A stretch of 64,000 bases of DNA from Nageia nagi (GCA_050084985.1 JBITNC010000001.1:116994001-117058000); one strand, 5' to 3'. Shown: positions 1-15,208, numbered from the stretch's first letter. The notes: generated by a model not told the origin, from the letters alone. Made by a program: numbers and translations.

Positions 1-3000
1 ATATTTATTGTTGGATACCTATGGGCCTTCAGCATTTGATCAAATTGCTCTGAGCTTTATGCAAATTTATGATGTGTATTGACTAGTTGAGATAATTTCT
101 TAATCTCCTTTCTTAAAGTGATATTTTCTTATTCCAAGCTATGACAATCATCCATTATATTAGTCAACTAGAGAAGCAAAGTTTCTTTAGTTATCTTGTA
201 TTCTTGTAACTTAGCTTTTGTCTCTTCAATTTCATTATTGGCCTCATCAAGTTTTTTATTCAATTTCTCATTTTTTTTCTTCTTTCAATCTTTAGTTCAT
301 CTAGAGAAGATATAATTTCTTATTCAAGATCGATAATCACTTGTGATGATCCAAAATGCAACTCTAGCTTAAACTAACAAATTTGGACCATTAAACCATG
401 AAGTTAGGTTTAGGGCATCAAACAAATGCATTCAAACTCTCCAAATGCAAATGTTAGGGTTAGAACATCAATAATTAAGTCCAACCTCCCAAAGTCTTAA
501 CATAGGAGGCTTAGGCTCCTAATATCCTGATGTGGTACTCCTAGCTCTCTAAGTATCCCACATGAGGTTTCCAACTCCCCTATGGCTCAATGTTGGAAAA
601 TAAACTCCCCATATGCCCAATGTGGGATGAATCCTCCTTCTAAGGCCTAAGGTGGGATGGATCAATATCATCTTCCTCCTCCTTCTATTGGCACCACTCA
701 ATCACCCCCAACCTCTTGTTATCCATCTATGGACAATCATCTTTGATCCCCTACAAAGTGTGATTCTTCCCATCTATTTTGAAACTCATTGTGAGCTTCT
801 AAAAGTTGGTGTGGATGTTAGCTAATTCAAATAACCATTGCACTCCTAGTATGATGTGAGGGTGTCCCTTCAATAGATAGATGTAGAAGTATTCTCTCAT
901 CATACAACTTTGTAGCTTGATACCAAACCTATATACAATGTGATCTACCAACATGAGCTTCTCATTGGCATTTGATACCCTAAATCCCTCAAATCCTCTC
1001 TTCTTCAAGTTCTTTCTCTCTACAAATCCTGCATCAATTTATGTGATGCTCTAGGATCAATTAATACCATTACATCTTATCCTCTAGCCTACCTAATCAA
1101 CTTCAAGGTGAGATATTTCTACACTCAATGTAGTAAAGCTATCATACTCCCTAAGGTACCTTTAGCTTACAATGCTTCCTACTCTAGGGTATCCTCCCCA
1201 AGATCCAAATCTGAATCATCTATCTCATCCTCCAAGAACACCTTTATGTAATGCACATGTTCTTTCCCTTGACAACAATGCCTTGACTACCAAGCATTCT
1301 TACAATATAAGTACTTTCCCATGTGGATGCATCCAACTAGGTTTTCTTGGGTGGGGGGAATGGTTTGGCCTTGCTAGGCCCTTCTTTATCCATAGCTAGA
1401 TTTTGGTTGATGCCCCCCTGTATGTATGCCCTCCCTTGAGGGATTTCACCATGGGCTCTAGATCATATGCTACTTGGATTATGACATCAAGGCTCGTAGG
1501 AGAGGATACCTTGACCATCCCCAATAATGGCTCCATCAAGCCCTCAATGAAGATTAATGTCAGTCTCTCCTTTGGTATTTTATCGATCATGATGGTAATC
1601 CTCTAAAACTCTATCACATATTTATCAATTATCTTGATCTACCTTAATCATGGTAGGTATCAAAAGTAATCATTTTCCTTCTTCTAAACAAACCACTTGA
1701 CCAATCTCCTAGTAAACTCATCAAAAGAGGTAATGAGAGAATGCCCTTGGCTGATTACTCCATGTTACCACCACTCCAAAGCATCTCCCTCAAAATGTAA
1801 TGATGCAAAATGAATCTCATCTTCCTCCATCATATCAAGGGTTAGGGTGAAATAGGTTTATAGCTAATGCAACCATGCCCTAGCTATCATTGCCATCAAA
1901 CATTTGCATCTACATCTTGCTGATCTTATGCTACAAGTCTTTATTGTTGTCCCCTAAGCTACTAAAATTACATGATCCATGTAAGTTGCTTGCCTTCAAC
2001 CCTAAGATCTCCAAGTAGCCATTAAAGTTCACATCTCTTCTCAACCTTAAATCTAACATGAAATTTTCTCTAAAAATTTGATTCAACTATAGAGGACTAA
2101 GAACTCTATTCTTTGTGACCTCTCTAGACTTCTACACAAACATAGGCTTATACGGTGTTGGAATAACTAGCTACTCCTCAATCCTACCAACATCCTCCTC
2201 CAAGTACTTCCTTAGGACAGAGTTTGGACCCTGGGATGCTCAATGTGAGTGGGACCTCAAGAATGTATCCTTTGGCTATCCCATCAAACCATGATGGGTG
2301 GACTCTCTATCCCTCAAACTCTGATATCTTCAAATGCTTGGCTTTTGATCTACCTAATCCTCCTCATATGAATCCTCTCTATCATATTGGGTGTGACATG
2401 GGGCCTCTCTATCACTCCTAGTGTGATGTGGGTTTTCCCTCTCGTCCTAGGTGTGATGTGGTATCTCTCAATCATCCCTAGCATGATGTGGGGGGTATAT
2501 TACCACTCAAGTTCCTCACAAACACTAATGTCTATCCATCGGATGTTGTATGGATGTCATCTCTTTGTTCATACCATGAATAACTGAAATGAGCTCATTA
2601 AACTTTCATTCAAGAGTGGATTCCTAGATTGGAGTTGAGATCCTCCTCCTCATCACTCTTTGTATCTCTCCTTATGCCTCCCCTTCATTCTCAAATGTTC
2701 TCTCATCTAGCAAATCATTCATCCATGATCATCTATCCTTCTCATGGATGACTCTTTCAGGAACCTTCTCTATGTGTAGCCTTCCACTTTTCCTAGCAAA
2801 TGACATATCCCTTTGGGTGTTGGATCTAGTGTAGTAACAGTGTACCCTAAGGTTGGCCAAATCCAAGTTGTGATACCACTTGTGATGATCCAAAATGCAA
2901 CTCAAGCTCAAACTAACAAATTCAAACCATCAAACCCTAATGTTAGGTCTAGGGAATCAAATGCATACATTCAAACTCTTCAAATACCAATGTTAGGGTT

Positions 3001-5825
3001 AAACCATCAATAATCAAAATGAACAACACCCACATTTGGCTAATACATCCCATAATACCAACATTTGATAATTACAAGCATGAATAATAATAGCAATCCA
3101 ATGCATGCACAAATGGATATATGCAATACAAGTATGAGATATGAATGATCTTGGTAGTATACAAATGATATGAAATGATAATAATATAACACCAAGCCCT
3201 AAGGGGTATTCATTGACCTCTCTAGAGCCAACTAGGGTACAATAATGAATATCCTTGATCATTGGAATAACAACAAAACCATGGGATAGAAATGCTCCTT
3301 CAGAACATGAATCATCTCCATCAAAGAAGCCCTCCTTGAACCTTGGAAATCATCAAAGGTAAAAGCAAAACCTTGGAATTCCACCATATGGGTAAAGGTG
3401 CTACACCAGTGTCATAGATAGATAGGATCCCTTAGCTTGAATACCCTCTAGACGCTACACATAGGAAAGGCTGCTTAGCACCACTAAGACTTGTTTTTTG
3501 ATGGATTGTGGTAGAAGTAATAATAATCAATGTTTATCTAGTAATGAGTCTCCAATTAATATATCCTTCCTTGGTTTTAATTACACCTCAAAGTCATCAC
3601 CCAATCACTTGATGGCGCAATGTTGGTACCTAGGGATCAATCCAAGCTCAACAGGGGTATTTGGGACTCTTTTATGCTCCACATGGACCCAAGAATACAT
3701 ATATGGGTCTAAAAGGCATGCATGGGCACCAAGAGAGGAAATGTGGGTCTCAAGATCCAATGTAGGGGTATAGAAGCCTCCTCCAAGCTAGAGAAGGTGT
3801 CTAAATGCTCCCAATCTCAATGTTGGATTATAAAGTGCTCATCCAACCATTAAGTGCTAACTAGGCCTTGGGATTCCCATAATCAAGTCTCAGGATCTCC
3901 AAGTATGATAAATACACATAATCTAACCTTAGGAGGGAGACGTTTCACTTGGGGTTCATAGTGGGATCCATTGATCCATTAAGTCTTCTATCCTAAGTTA
4001 CAATAATGAAAGTGCAAATACATAAGTAAAGTATATTACAAGGATGAACCTTATGATCCCACTAACTGAATAAGGGGGATGTCACACTACTTATACCTCA
4101 TCATCGTACTCTGACTTCATCATCCTAATTATTTTCTTCAAAATACATAAATAATTATTCATCATGCACTTCTTCAAATTCACTGTTTGAGCTACTATTA
4201 GGTTCATCTTCACTTTCTTTTGAAACAAAGCTTCTTTTATTATTTTTCTCTTTTCTAGAAAATATGTCCTTATTTTTATAACTACTATCTCTAATTTTCT
4301 TTGCATCTTCATTATTGCCATTCTTTTCATTGTATGGAGATTTAATGGAAAATATCCAATATCACCACAACCAAAGCATTTCAAATATAATTTACCTTTG
4401 TATTTTTCGTTTCCCCTTTTTAGCTTATGGACAAAGTTTGATTCATTTGAATTTGACATTCCCTTTTCATTATCATAGTTAGGCTTGGATTTGACATTTT
4501 TGGAGGCTTTGAAAATAGATTCTTTGTTGCAAGATTTCACCTTAACAATTCTCATTTCATAAGTAGACAATGAACCATACATTTCATCCATGGAGAAAGT
4601 GTTTAGATATTTGTCTTCTTCGATGGTTGATACTTTAGAGTTAAATCTTGAAGGTTCTTGTAATTTTCTTCACAATTACAGAATCTTCAATTGCTTATTC
4701 CAACCCTTTGATATTGTTGATGACTTCATTTATTCTTAAAAAATAAGCTACAACATTTTCTTCATCATCCATTTGCAAACTTTCAAATTTTGTGCGATAA
4801 GTGTGCAACTTAGCTTCTTTTACCTTCTTATCTCCTTCATGAATACTTTCTAACTTATCCTAGATTGCTTAAGTTGATTTACAACTCATGATATTTATAA
4901 GTTCATTATCTACCAAACTGCTCATGATAACATTTGTTGCTTTAGAGTTATAGTTAAGCAATTTCTTGCTATCTGAATCTGTCAGAGGAGTGGTGGGTAA
5001 TGTATATCCATTTACGATTGATTACCATATATCACATCCTAGATCATGTAAGTAGTTCTACATTCTTATCTTCTAGAAGGCATAATTTGTTCCATCAAAA
5101 AGAGGGACTTTATTGTATGAATAACCTTCACCACTTGCCATGATATCACTTAATGGATCACCCTTAGTCGATTAGACCTAATACAAGGACTAACTCTAAT
5201 ACCAATTGTTGTTCTACAAGTGATAATGAGAGGGGGTGAATTAGTGTGAAGGATTAAAACTTAATTCTTTAAATTTATCCTTTAAAGAAGATAAAATAAC
5301 TAAAATAGTCATCATAAGAATGCATCACAAAATGCATAATATAACAAGGTTCACCAATGTGACTACATCCCTAGATAAGACTACTTGAACTACCATCCAA
5401 ATCTAGCCAAATCAAAGCATCAACATTACAACCAATTTTTCAACACCAAACCCTAATTTATCAGTAGTAATTGAAAGGAGCACCAACCCCACTTTGTCAA
5501 GCACCAACTTGACAAATTATGTTGGAGAAGATCCTCACTAGTCTACCTCAGTATTTTTCACTCTTGGCTATCTCTATTAGAAATATGCAATCAGTCCCCA
5601 TAGTCTCTATTCTTCCCTCATTGTCAATCTATTACAATTTGCTCTTTAATGGCAATCTACTTATGCAATTACATTCAACTCCAGCATCTCTCCATCTCAA
5701 CATTTGTACATTACAAAGTTCCCCATTTTATTTACAATACAAGTTTGTTTATCTTCCTAGAATACCATACGATTGCAATAGCTCATTCATCTTTAGCTTC
5801 CTCTTGAATGGTCTTTACAACTAAT
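1..5825 (-). mobile_element. Degenerate Ty1/copia (Sirevirus-like) element: LTR part ~5207-5825, PBS, gag (5141 to 4087, resuming 341 to 1), interrupted by element A
   Basis: gag start MASGEG..PLFDGTNY, zinc knuckle CFGCGDIGY, tRNA-Met-like PBS at 5193-5204, C-rich ATTCACCCCCTCT signal near the LTR end; many stops. Confidence 0.8.
342..4086 (-). mobile_element. Element A: non-autonomous Ty3/gypsy Gag-protease element; 5' LTR 2881-4086, only ~135 bp of the 3' LTR (342-~476)
   Basis: TGTGATG..GTCACA termini, PBS at ~2867-2878, gag (LHFEGDALEWW), protease and ILGVQWL segments, degenerate TSD tcact/ctact. Confidence 0.85.
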
Positions 5826-8410
5826 TTTTAAAGATCCAAATACAATATCAAGTGTAAAATGCTTAAAATACACAATTAAACCCCAACATCTAGTCTAGGG
5901 CATCTAAATTAAGCATACATAGCACAATAATGCCAACGTTTGACCTCAACTAGCATATATCAATATTGAAACCCTCACAATGCCAATGTATGGCTTACAT
6001 AAGCATACATGCACAATAATAATCCAATAATGCAAATATGGATAAGTTTACAAAGGTAAAATGGAGATCGAACTACCCAATGCTTATATAAATGATATAA
6101 ATATAGCAACAATACAATACCAAGCCCAATAGGGCTAAATTTGGCCTCAAAGAAGCCAACTAGGGTACAAAAAATATCCTCAAGTTGGATGAACTGATAG
6201 GAAATTCTTGCTCCCTCAGAATCTAAATCCTCTCCATGAAAGGAGCCCTCATCAAATCCTGACTAGCCATAAAAAGTAGAAGTGTAACCTTGAAATATCA
6301 CCTAATAGGCAAGGGTGCTACACCAATGTTGTAGAATAACAAGATCCCTCATCCTGTTGATCCTTCTAAATGTTGAACCTATGGGTTTGCTTAGCATTGT
6401 CCTAAGTCTCTTATCCTCTGGATGATATCAAATGTAATAATAATCAAGCATATCTCACTATGAGTCTCCAATACCTTTTTATAACACATATTAGATCTGG
6501 ATCTCACATAAGAGTCATCACCCAGCTTCTCTAATCCAATGTTAGCCTCTTAGGGGTCCAAAATGTCCAACGTGGGGCCTAGGGATCAGGATGTCCAACA
6601 TGGGTATCTAGGAGCCATAAATACCAATGTGGGGTTTGGAGTGCCACACATGCCTAATGTGGGTCTAGGAGTCATGTGGGGCTAGGGTACCATCATGGGC
6701 CAATGTGGTGGTCTAGGAGTCTCCCTAAGGCTATAACACATTTACAAGTGCTCATATATCCCCCTAAGTGCTAAATTGATTGGCAAACCCTGCTTTAGGA
6801 TTTAATTTGGATCTTCACACTTTGTTCAATTTAGTGCTTGTGGAAATAAAAATGCCACTAAATAAAAAAAAAAACACAAAATGATGTACATACATAGTTA
6901 CCCTAGTTTTATTGATGTGGTCTACATCCAGCAAATAGAAATCCATTATTGTAGAGTTCATTTTACAATGTCCCTTGTATGATCCTTCTTGCTTCACTTT
7001 TTTGTTTGTCGAAGCTGAATTACACAATCATTGTAGGCTCTCCATTAAATCCCTTTCTTGAAGACAACTCTCTTTACAATGAAAGTCCTTTGGCAAAGTT
7101 CCATTTATCTTATCCCGAGATGACATCTTTAAAACTACTTTTTTTCTTCTTCTCTTTGTTTCCATCATGGCGATTATGTTGTCCACTTTTTTCTCCATAG
7201 CCATAATATTTTCCATGTTCTTTTTCTTCTTTTATGCAAGCTTGAAATTCACCTCCAATATTACTCTCATGGTTTTGTCATTTTCCATAGAGTTTACACT
7301 AAAATGGGTTCTTCTACATTCTTTTCAAACCTACACTAACTCACTCCCCTTGGGAGGAAATCCACACTAAAGGATTTAACTTTTTTCACATTGTATGTTC
7401 CCTTTTATAACATTAAGGGATTACAAATTTGGAGTTTATGGTTACATGGTGATAAGATAATATTTGTTATTTTTCCTCCTTTGCAATATTCTCTCTCATC
7501 CTCACAATAATAATATCCCTCATTTGTATTCATGTAGCATTGTTTTGGCCTCATATAGTTATATTCTCCTATCTTTTTAGATTTTGCAAAACTATCAAAA
7601 CTACTTTTGGTGCCATTTGGGCATGACCACAACTTCATGAACATAATTCTAAATATTACTAAATTTCATCCAAGTGTTCTTGGATATAAGTATCTTAAGT
7701 ATTCCAAATTTCACACTTTAAATCCTTATTGGTAGCTCCAAGAATTGTCATCAAGTTGGCCTCCAACTCAGATTTGCAACTAGCAGCTATCAATTTTGAC
7801 TGTCATGAATGTGGAATGATAATGTACCATTTTGTGAGTGCTAAAAATTTCAATTATTAAATCCAAATGCTTTAAAATTTTAACCACATATTTAACATAC
7901 TATGACGTACTAATGATTCAAATTTCAAGCTACAAATCAACCCAAGCTACTTTTGGTGAATCCATAAATAGAGCCTTCCATGCATAGTTTGCATTTTTTA
8001 TATTTAACTATAAATTTTGAAAAGCCATAACTTACAAACTATAGCTCCATTTTATTCATCATTTGAAGCATTGAAATAATGGAATATAGCTCTTTAATAT
8101 GGAAGAGAATAATTTAAAAAATTATAAACATGAAAAATCACAATTTTTTAAGACTTCGAAATCCATTTCAGATCATAAATAGACCTTGGGATTCCCACAA
8201 TCATGATCAAGATCTTCAAGTACATTAAAACACCTAATCCATGCTTAGGAGGGAGACTTCCCACTTAGGGATCACAGTGGGGTCCAATGACCCATTAAGT
8301 CTTCTATCCTAAGTATTAACTTCAAGCACAATACAATAATAAAATATAATACAAAAGGGGAATTCGTTGGATTCCATAATTAATTATATTTATGCAAGGG
8401 GGATGTCACA
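5826..8410 (-). mobile_element. Solo LTR of the element-A family, interrupted by a younger LTR
   Basis: Homologous to 2881-4086, 44865-46096 and 50542-51174; ends GGGGGATGTCACA; start degenerate. Confidence 0.7.
6777..8175. mobile_element. Solo LTR-like insertion (TGAT...ATCA) with 5-bp TSD TAAAT
   Basis: taaat at 6772-6776 and 8176-8180; removing it restores gtgctaaatagacc, seen intact at ~50981. Confidence 0.85.
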
Positions 8411-8727
8411 AACTTCCTTGACTATTACTCTAAAAAATTATTTGAGTTCATTTGCATTACACATGTTTCCACCGCACAAAACTTTGTGTCTCCGCATAGG
8501 ACCTTAACTACATAAGCCTTGAGTTTTTCACACAATAACTTGTTACTCCACATAAGGCATTTCATATCTACATAATGTTGTTTACTACTATATAAATCTC
8601 CGACCACCTCCAAAATCTCTTCGCACAAGCCTATGTCTATTCGTATAAGCATTGAACCATCTGCATTTTCCTTTAGGAAATCAACATCGTATTCAAGTTG
8701 GAAAGGTCATTCCATAGTGTCTTATGA

Positions 8728-9185
8728 AGAATCTGTATTCCAAATAGTGCTAACATCATCAAGCTTATCTACATTCTGAAAACACAATGTTACAAGTGAA
8801 ATCCACACTCTATAAGGCATTGACATCATGATGTTTCTTCTCACCCTAGAAGCTCGTAAATGTAAAAGAAATTCACACTTCAAAAAGTGTTGACATCATA
8901 GGGTTTCTCTGCATCCCAAAAACATAGTAATGTGAAGGAAATTTGCACTTCGAAAGGTGTTGATGTCACAAGGTTTCTTTGCATCTTGGAAGCATAGTAA
9001 TGCATAGAAAATTTGTACTCCAAAGATTACTGACATCATAGGGCTTTCTCCACATCTTAGATTCACATTAATACACAAGAAATCCACACTCAGGATATTA
9101 TTAATGTCACAACATTTCTCTGCATTGCAGAGGTAAGGTAGAATACAAAAGAATTTGCATTAGAGAAAAGGTTGATGTCACGTTG
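8728..9185. repeat. ~70-bp degenerate tandem repeat, ~7 units, TGAC(A/G)TCA-type core
   Basis: Units start gaaat(c/t)(c/t)(a/g)cac at ~8798, 8868, 8938, 9007, 9079 and 9151. Confidence 0.8.
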
Positions 9186-9899
9186 TCAAATATGCACCCT
9201 AGATTCGATTTGGAAAGTTAACTTCTCCAAAAGGTGAACATTTGTTGCCTTTCTAATCTTTACAGGTGTTCTTTTCACACTCTGGAATTACCACTAACCA
9301 AATGAAGATTTCGTACTTTGGATCATATCAAAGCAAATATAGAGAAGCACTTTAGAAAGCCATCATATATCCGAGAAGACTCTCTTCACTCTCCAAAAAT
9401 AAAAGGAAATCTATATTACATCTCCACACAACGCTTTGAGTTTTCGCATAAGCAAGTAGACCACCATATAAGGCTTTACTCCATTGTTTAAACCTTTTCC
9501 TCACCACACAATTACTATCTTGATCGCATAAGCATTGTTGGCTTCTTCGCATAACGAGCCTCTTGACTGCACAAGCTTGTTTACCACCACGTAAGGGCTA
9601 TTATCATCGCACAAGGTCAATCTACATCGCATAACCTCAATCTTCACTAGATAAGGGTTGTTTGGACCTCATAAGCTACAAACATAAATATTACCCACTT
9701 AAGGCATTGTTTGAAAACAATGACAACATAAGTCAAAAGAAGTCAACTCTATTTCTAAACCTAAATCAACAAAAATTTCTCATGCACCTTTTTCCTATGA
9801 TTCTCGACATAGCCCATAATAAAAGAAATGATTCAATGGTTTGCCAAGCCTTCTACATACCTTATGATTCACCTCCATCACTATTTAGAAATCCATAAA

Positions 9900-12230
9900 A
9901 TTCTTGTAGCCAAAATCAATGTAATGCAACAAGGCATTTTAGAGATGAGGTTGTAGTAGATGAGGAGGAAGAGGATGAACAAAGTCTAGTGGGTGATAGA
10001 GATGAAAATATAGACAATAGAAAAACAATCAACCCACTAGAAGATGCCTTAAGAAATGTAGATTTGGCTTAATCAGAATTTAATATTAAAGTTGATCAAA
10101 TATATGATTCCATACAAACCAATTAGTTTGCAAATGCTTTAAATGCCAAACAAAAAGTAATGCTAATAAAATTTGAAAAACCTCTAGAGCGACATAGAAT
10201 CAACCAAATAGGTTCATATGATAGGTTGAACATTAAAGAGAAAGTAAGAAAAGAAGTCAATGAAAAAGGAAAAGAAACAAAGAAAATTAGCAAAAAGAGA
10301 GAAAAACAATGTTCAACACTATGAGCAAAATTTAAAAAAAAATCAAAATTATAATAAGAATCAAAATTCATAAAAACAAAGTCAAAGACAACCAAGAATA
10401 CAAGAAACCCCTAAGATTCATCAATAAACCTAGCAAGCTCTAAAGGAAGGAACACTAACATATTACTTCCTAAACAACCAAGATCACATGAAAGCTCACA
10501 AAACACATCTAACAAACTTACAAAGATAACTCAAGATATAAGTGGTTCCTCCAACTAGAAGTACATCCACTAACTAGATCTCACTTTTTCACAAATATGA
10601 ACTCTTACAATTCTCCTATTCTCATCTCCTAAATACTATCTTCTAGGATAACTTTACTCCACAATTTTGGTGTATGATCACAAAGAGGGAGCCTTCTATC
10701 TATAGGCCAAAATCCCTCTTTGGATCACTCTTTCACCCAATGTACAAAGTCATGACATGCAACTCCCTTTTACCTAAGGGGCATGCTCATGACATGGAGT
10801 GTATTACAAGTTACATTATCATATTCACTTAAAATACTTAAAATATCATATGATACCCTTAAGTATTAGTGAACTTACTTAGAAGATTATTACAAAACCT
10901 TTACAATAATGCATTATACATTCCAACAAGCTTGATAACCTTTAGCAAATGATTTAGAAAATAAATGAATCATGGAACCAATAACTTAAGAAGAAGAGTT
11001 GTATACAATTATTATCTAACCACTACATGAAAGAATCAATGCTAAAAGATGGATGGAAAAGAAAATTTTCAAATTCATAAAATTTGATGTAAATCAAGAT
11101 CTCAAAAGACATCATTTTTTTTTTAAAGAATCACCAAAGTTCATAATGGATCTATATATGTTGACTAAATTATTCCCCTCAAGTTTGAAAGATGTTACAT
11201 AAGAATTGCATTGTACTATTCCATCAAGAATTAGGGATAGTTTTAAAGTGCTTATCAACAAGTTGTTTGAACATCAAACAAGAAATGAAATTCATATATT
11301 TATATAAAATCAAAGAAAGTGAAGATCAAATATTCAATGATTTAATCAAGAAATGGAGAAAGAAAGCCAATGAGATTATAGCTAATCCAAATGATCGGAG
11401 AGATGCATTTCTTTAGTCTTTATTAACACATTCTAAAATTGAAGTAGCCATAATAATTAATAAAAAACATGACTAAAATAATCAAGAAAAGAAAAATATT
11501 TGATTGTAGTTAAAACTTTGAAATTTAAATCAACAAACGTAAAATAGAAAAGAAAGATAAATGAGAACACTAATTCAAGGGAAATATAAAATAGTGGTCA
11601 AAGTTAAAAAGGAACTTGAAACAACTCAAGCCACTCTTGCTAAAAGATCAAGAATAAAGTACTTTTTTTTGGAAAGTATGCATTCAATTTTGAGTTATTT
11701 GTTTGATGGGAACTTCGTTGAGCTTCCTCCTATTAGACACCACTCCTTTCCAAATGGTGTACTAGAGGAATATCAATTCAAGGAGTTTTGTATATTATCA
11801 TAGGATTACTGGACACACCACAACTAATTATTGCAAGTTGCACACCATTGTTCACAATTTGATATATCAAAAGGACATTTCATTTGATGATGAGGCAAGG
11901 ATAAGGAAAATCAAAGAGATTAGAAGAATCATGAACCAATACATCCATAGAGTAAAAACTTGTAAAAACAAATCCAATCCACTTCTATAAGTGGCCCATC
12001 AAATGAATATTTTCTCAGCCCTTGTTTGGGTATATTGACTTCTCATAACATGATAGAGGTCAACATCACGAGTATTTCAAATTAGAGAAAGTTCAATATT
12101 CTAGGAGAAATGAAGCTTGGATCAGCCAACCTTGGTAGCACACTTATCACCTTTACAAGAGATAAATATCTATTTATCCATCAAGAAATATCCCATGATC
12201 ACTGTGGTCCATGTCTTATTCTTATACGAA
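9900..12230 (+). pseudogene. Highly decayed retroelement accessory-type ORF remnant (Lys/Glu-rich), interrupted by a solo LTR
   Basis: Purine-rich coding-like stretch with broken ORFs 11192..11416 and 11561..11803; PPT-like aagtgggaaa followed by TGTAATG at ~12600. Confidence 0.35.
10441..10928. mobile_element. Solo LTR (~490 bp), same family as 42800-43292
   Basis: Long near-identity with 42800-43292; ends ttccaaca; TSD agctc/agctt. Confidence 0.8.
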
Positions 12231-15208
12231 TAGGTTCCCTTTTGTATTAATCTTATTCTTGTTTATTATTATTTCTCTTATCCTAATTTTGCATTGCTTT
12301 CTTCATCTTTGAGTTCACTTTCAAGTATCTTCATTGTGTTCATCATAGGATTTCTCACCCATGATGTACTAATCTTGCTAACAAAGACCACCTAGATGAG
12401 CATGTGTGTATGTTAGGGACAGTATGACAACTCATGGAGTTATTTCTTAATGGCTTCAAGTGTTGAGGCAACATCACTAACATTTCAATTTTGGTCTACA
12501 AAGCACATTATAAAGAGGTAAGTATCACATATGTATGTTCTAATTTTGTCATCTTTTTCTACAATTATTGTGTTTTACATGTAAATATTAAATTTATCAA
12601 GTGGGAAATGTAATGATGAAGTTGGAAAGGTCATCATACTCTTTTGGTTGGTGCACCATTCTATTCAAGATCTTCATATCTTTAATCTTATATGTTCATT
12701 AATTGTCATCTATTCCATCTTCATCCATTATCATCTCTTTTATCTTCATCAAGGTATCTTCAAGAATTATCATTTCATCAAAGATCATCAAGTTCTCATA
12801 CATACCCATCATGAACATCAAGGTTCATCAAGGATTACCCTTCTCTATCTAGCTTCATCAAAGTTCCTCATTAATTATCACAATGCTCATCATTGATCAT
12901 CTTTCTCATATTCATCAAAACTCATCATAGATCATCATGTTTATCAAAGATTATAATAAGTTACCAAGTTCAACAAAAGCTTCTCATGTTTTGCTAATGT
13001 ATGTCATGTTTATCAATTTTTATCATGGTTTGCAAAAGTTTATCAAGATTGACAACATTTATAAAAGACAATGTTATATCTCATAATCAACTCAAAAAAT
13101 GAGATAAAGAATGATAAAATAGGGATTAATGCAATCTCAAGAACCCTTAGTTTTAGTTTCAAGTCAATTGAAGCTAGAAACAAGGCCAACCTCAACCTTG
13201 TATAATAAGACGAGTTTGACCTTGATCCTATTTTTTAGTTGGAAAAAATCTCAAATCTTTTCTTTCAATCTTAGGATGTCAATTGCATGTTTAGTTTTTC
13301 AGTTGATCAATCTTTCAACTTGAAAAACGTGATTTTTCTCCTTTTTTAAGTTGCAAAAATTGTTAACAAAAATTACCAACATATATACCAAGAAAAAATC
13401 AATCTTAGAAGATAAAAAGCAAAAAGCAAAACTCCAAGGTGGCATCAAAAGAACCAAACACATCTCTAGAGAAAATTTAAGCCCATTTGGGGCCAAAAAT
13501 AGAATCAACTTCAAATGTGTGGACTACAATAAGGTTGACCTCAACCTTGTTTTCTTGTTATTTTTAGAAAAATATTATATCATTGGATAGATCCAAAAGA
13601 GAAGAGATAATCATCTTCAAATTAGGTTTCTGGAGTAATTTTGAACATTCATCACATTGACAATGTTGAGAAGTTCTACTTATGCAAAAAAAAATGGGCA
13701 TGGTTGCCCCTCGACAGGTTGCAAACATTTAATGTACACTCTTGCAAAACCTACAAAAAAAATGGGAAAATATTGAGATGTGTAACTTTGCATGTATTAC
13801 ATCGATAAAGTGAGTTACACTCTTGTGTAGTTTTTATACTAACTTAGAGTGGCAATGCAATAACCAACGGGGATTTGGAGGGGCAAAAAACCCCAAACAT
13901 GATGATTCAGGATGATAATCCTTAAAAAAAATGTACCCTTATTTTCAAAAATGATTGTCAAGTTTATACATCTAAATATTTGTAAGTTGGATCTTTAATA
14001 TTAATTGTATGCCCACGATTTTATTCCCATTATATTGTAAAATCATTGGATGGTTTCTCATATTGATGTGGGTTAGTTGCCATGATTGTATAAGGATTAT
14101 ATTTTATGTATGGAACAGAAGAGAAGGTTTATAAGTGAAAGCACTAGACATATATTTTATTGGATGGTTGTTTTGAAAATTAATACAATCAATGTTTTGC
14201 TAAGATTTTTATCGAAGATAAATTTGTCTCTTGTGAATACTTATTTTATCTTATTCACATTATTAGAAAAATGACAAATTTGATTGAATTTTGGTTAATT
14301 TACTCTATTTGGAAAAGCATAATTCATTTTTGAATGATAAATTCTTTCCCTCCATGTTAGAGAAAACTTTAAATGATAAATAGCTAGTTGCATCCATAAT
14401 AATTTTTTCTATAAAATGGAAAATGTTAACATTTACCATCAAAATCTTCATTGTTTGTGTGAATTTTAGTGACAACTTTTGCACTTAAAAGAGAATAATT
14501 TCAAAGCAAAACTATGCTTCATTCAAAAAGCTAAGCTTTGCAAGTCTTGTCTGAGTGAGTATTGTGTAAGCCAACCCAAAATAATCAATGAGGACATGGT
14601 CTTTCTTTCATTTTAATAGAATATCCTAATGAACATAATACTACAAAAAATGTTATAAATATCAAATAGTCTGTCATGACAATCCTAGTTTCATCCTTGC
14701 AATGAAACCATCCCAAAAGAACATTTTCAGATTGATCAGTTGAAGATCTCAAATTATACTTGAAGATCCTAATGCCAGCACGCTAGTTCGCAATAAATGA
14801 GGATATTCCAATATATATACGAGTTGAAACCATTTCCACCAAAATTACCTATACAAGCAGAATTTGATTTGCAAATTTTTTATTACTATTAGCCTATGTG
14901 AACTGATGCTCGTATTTTGGACAACACCAAGAACATAATATGAAAAAGGGTTGAGAACCCATTTGAGGATAGTAGCTGATACAACCCACTTAGGGAGGGG
15001 TCTTAACAATAAAATTTGATTTGTAGTGCAAGGCAAAGGCCACAGCTATCGTTATGCAGTAATATGATGGAGCATCTTTCAGTCAGATCAAAACATGCAG
15101 GGGCTCATTGTGTCTTATCATTAACACAAAGTTCAGGCATTTGTCACTATTGAACACAATGAGCATGGGAAATCTGGTAGCTGACCCGCCGAATGGTACC
15201 ATATGCTT

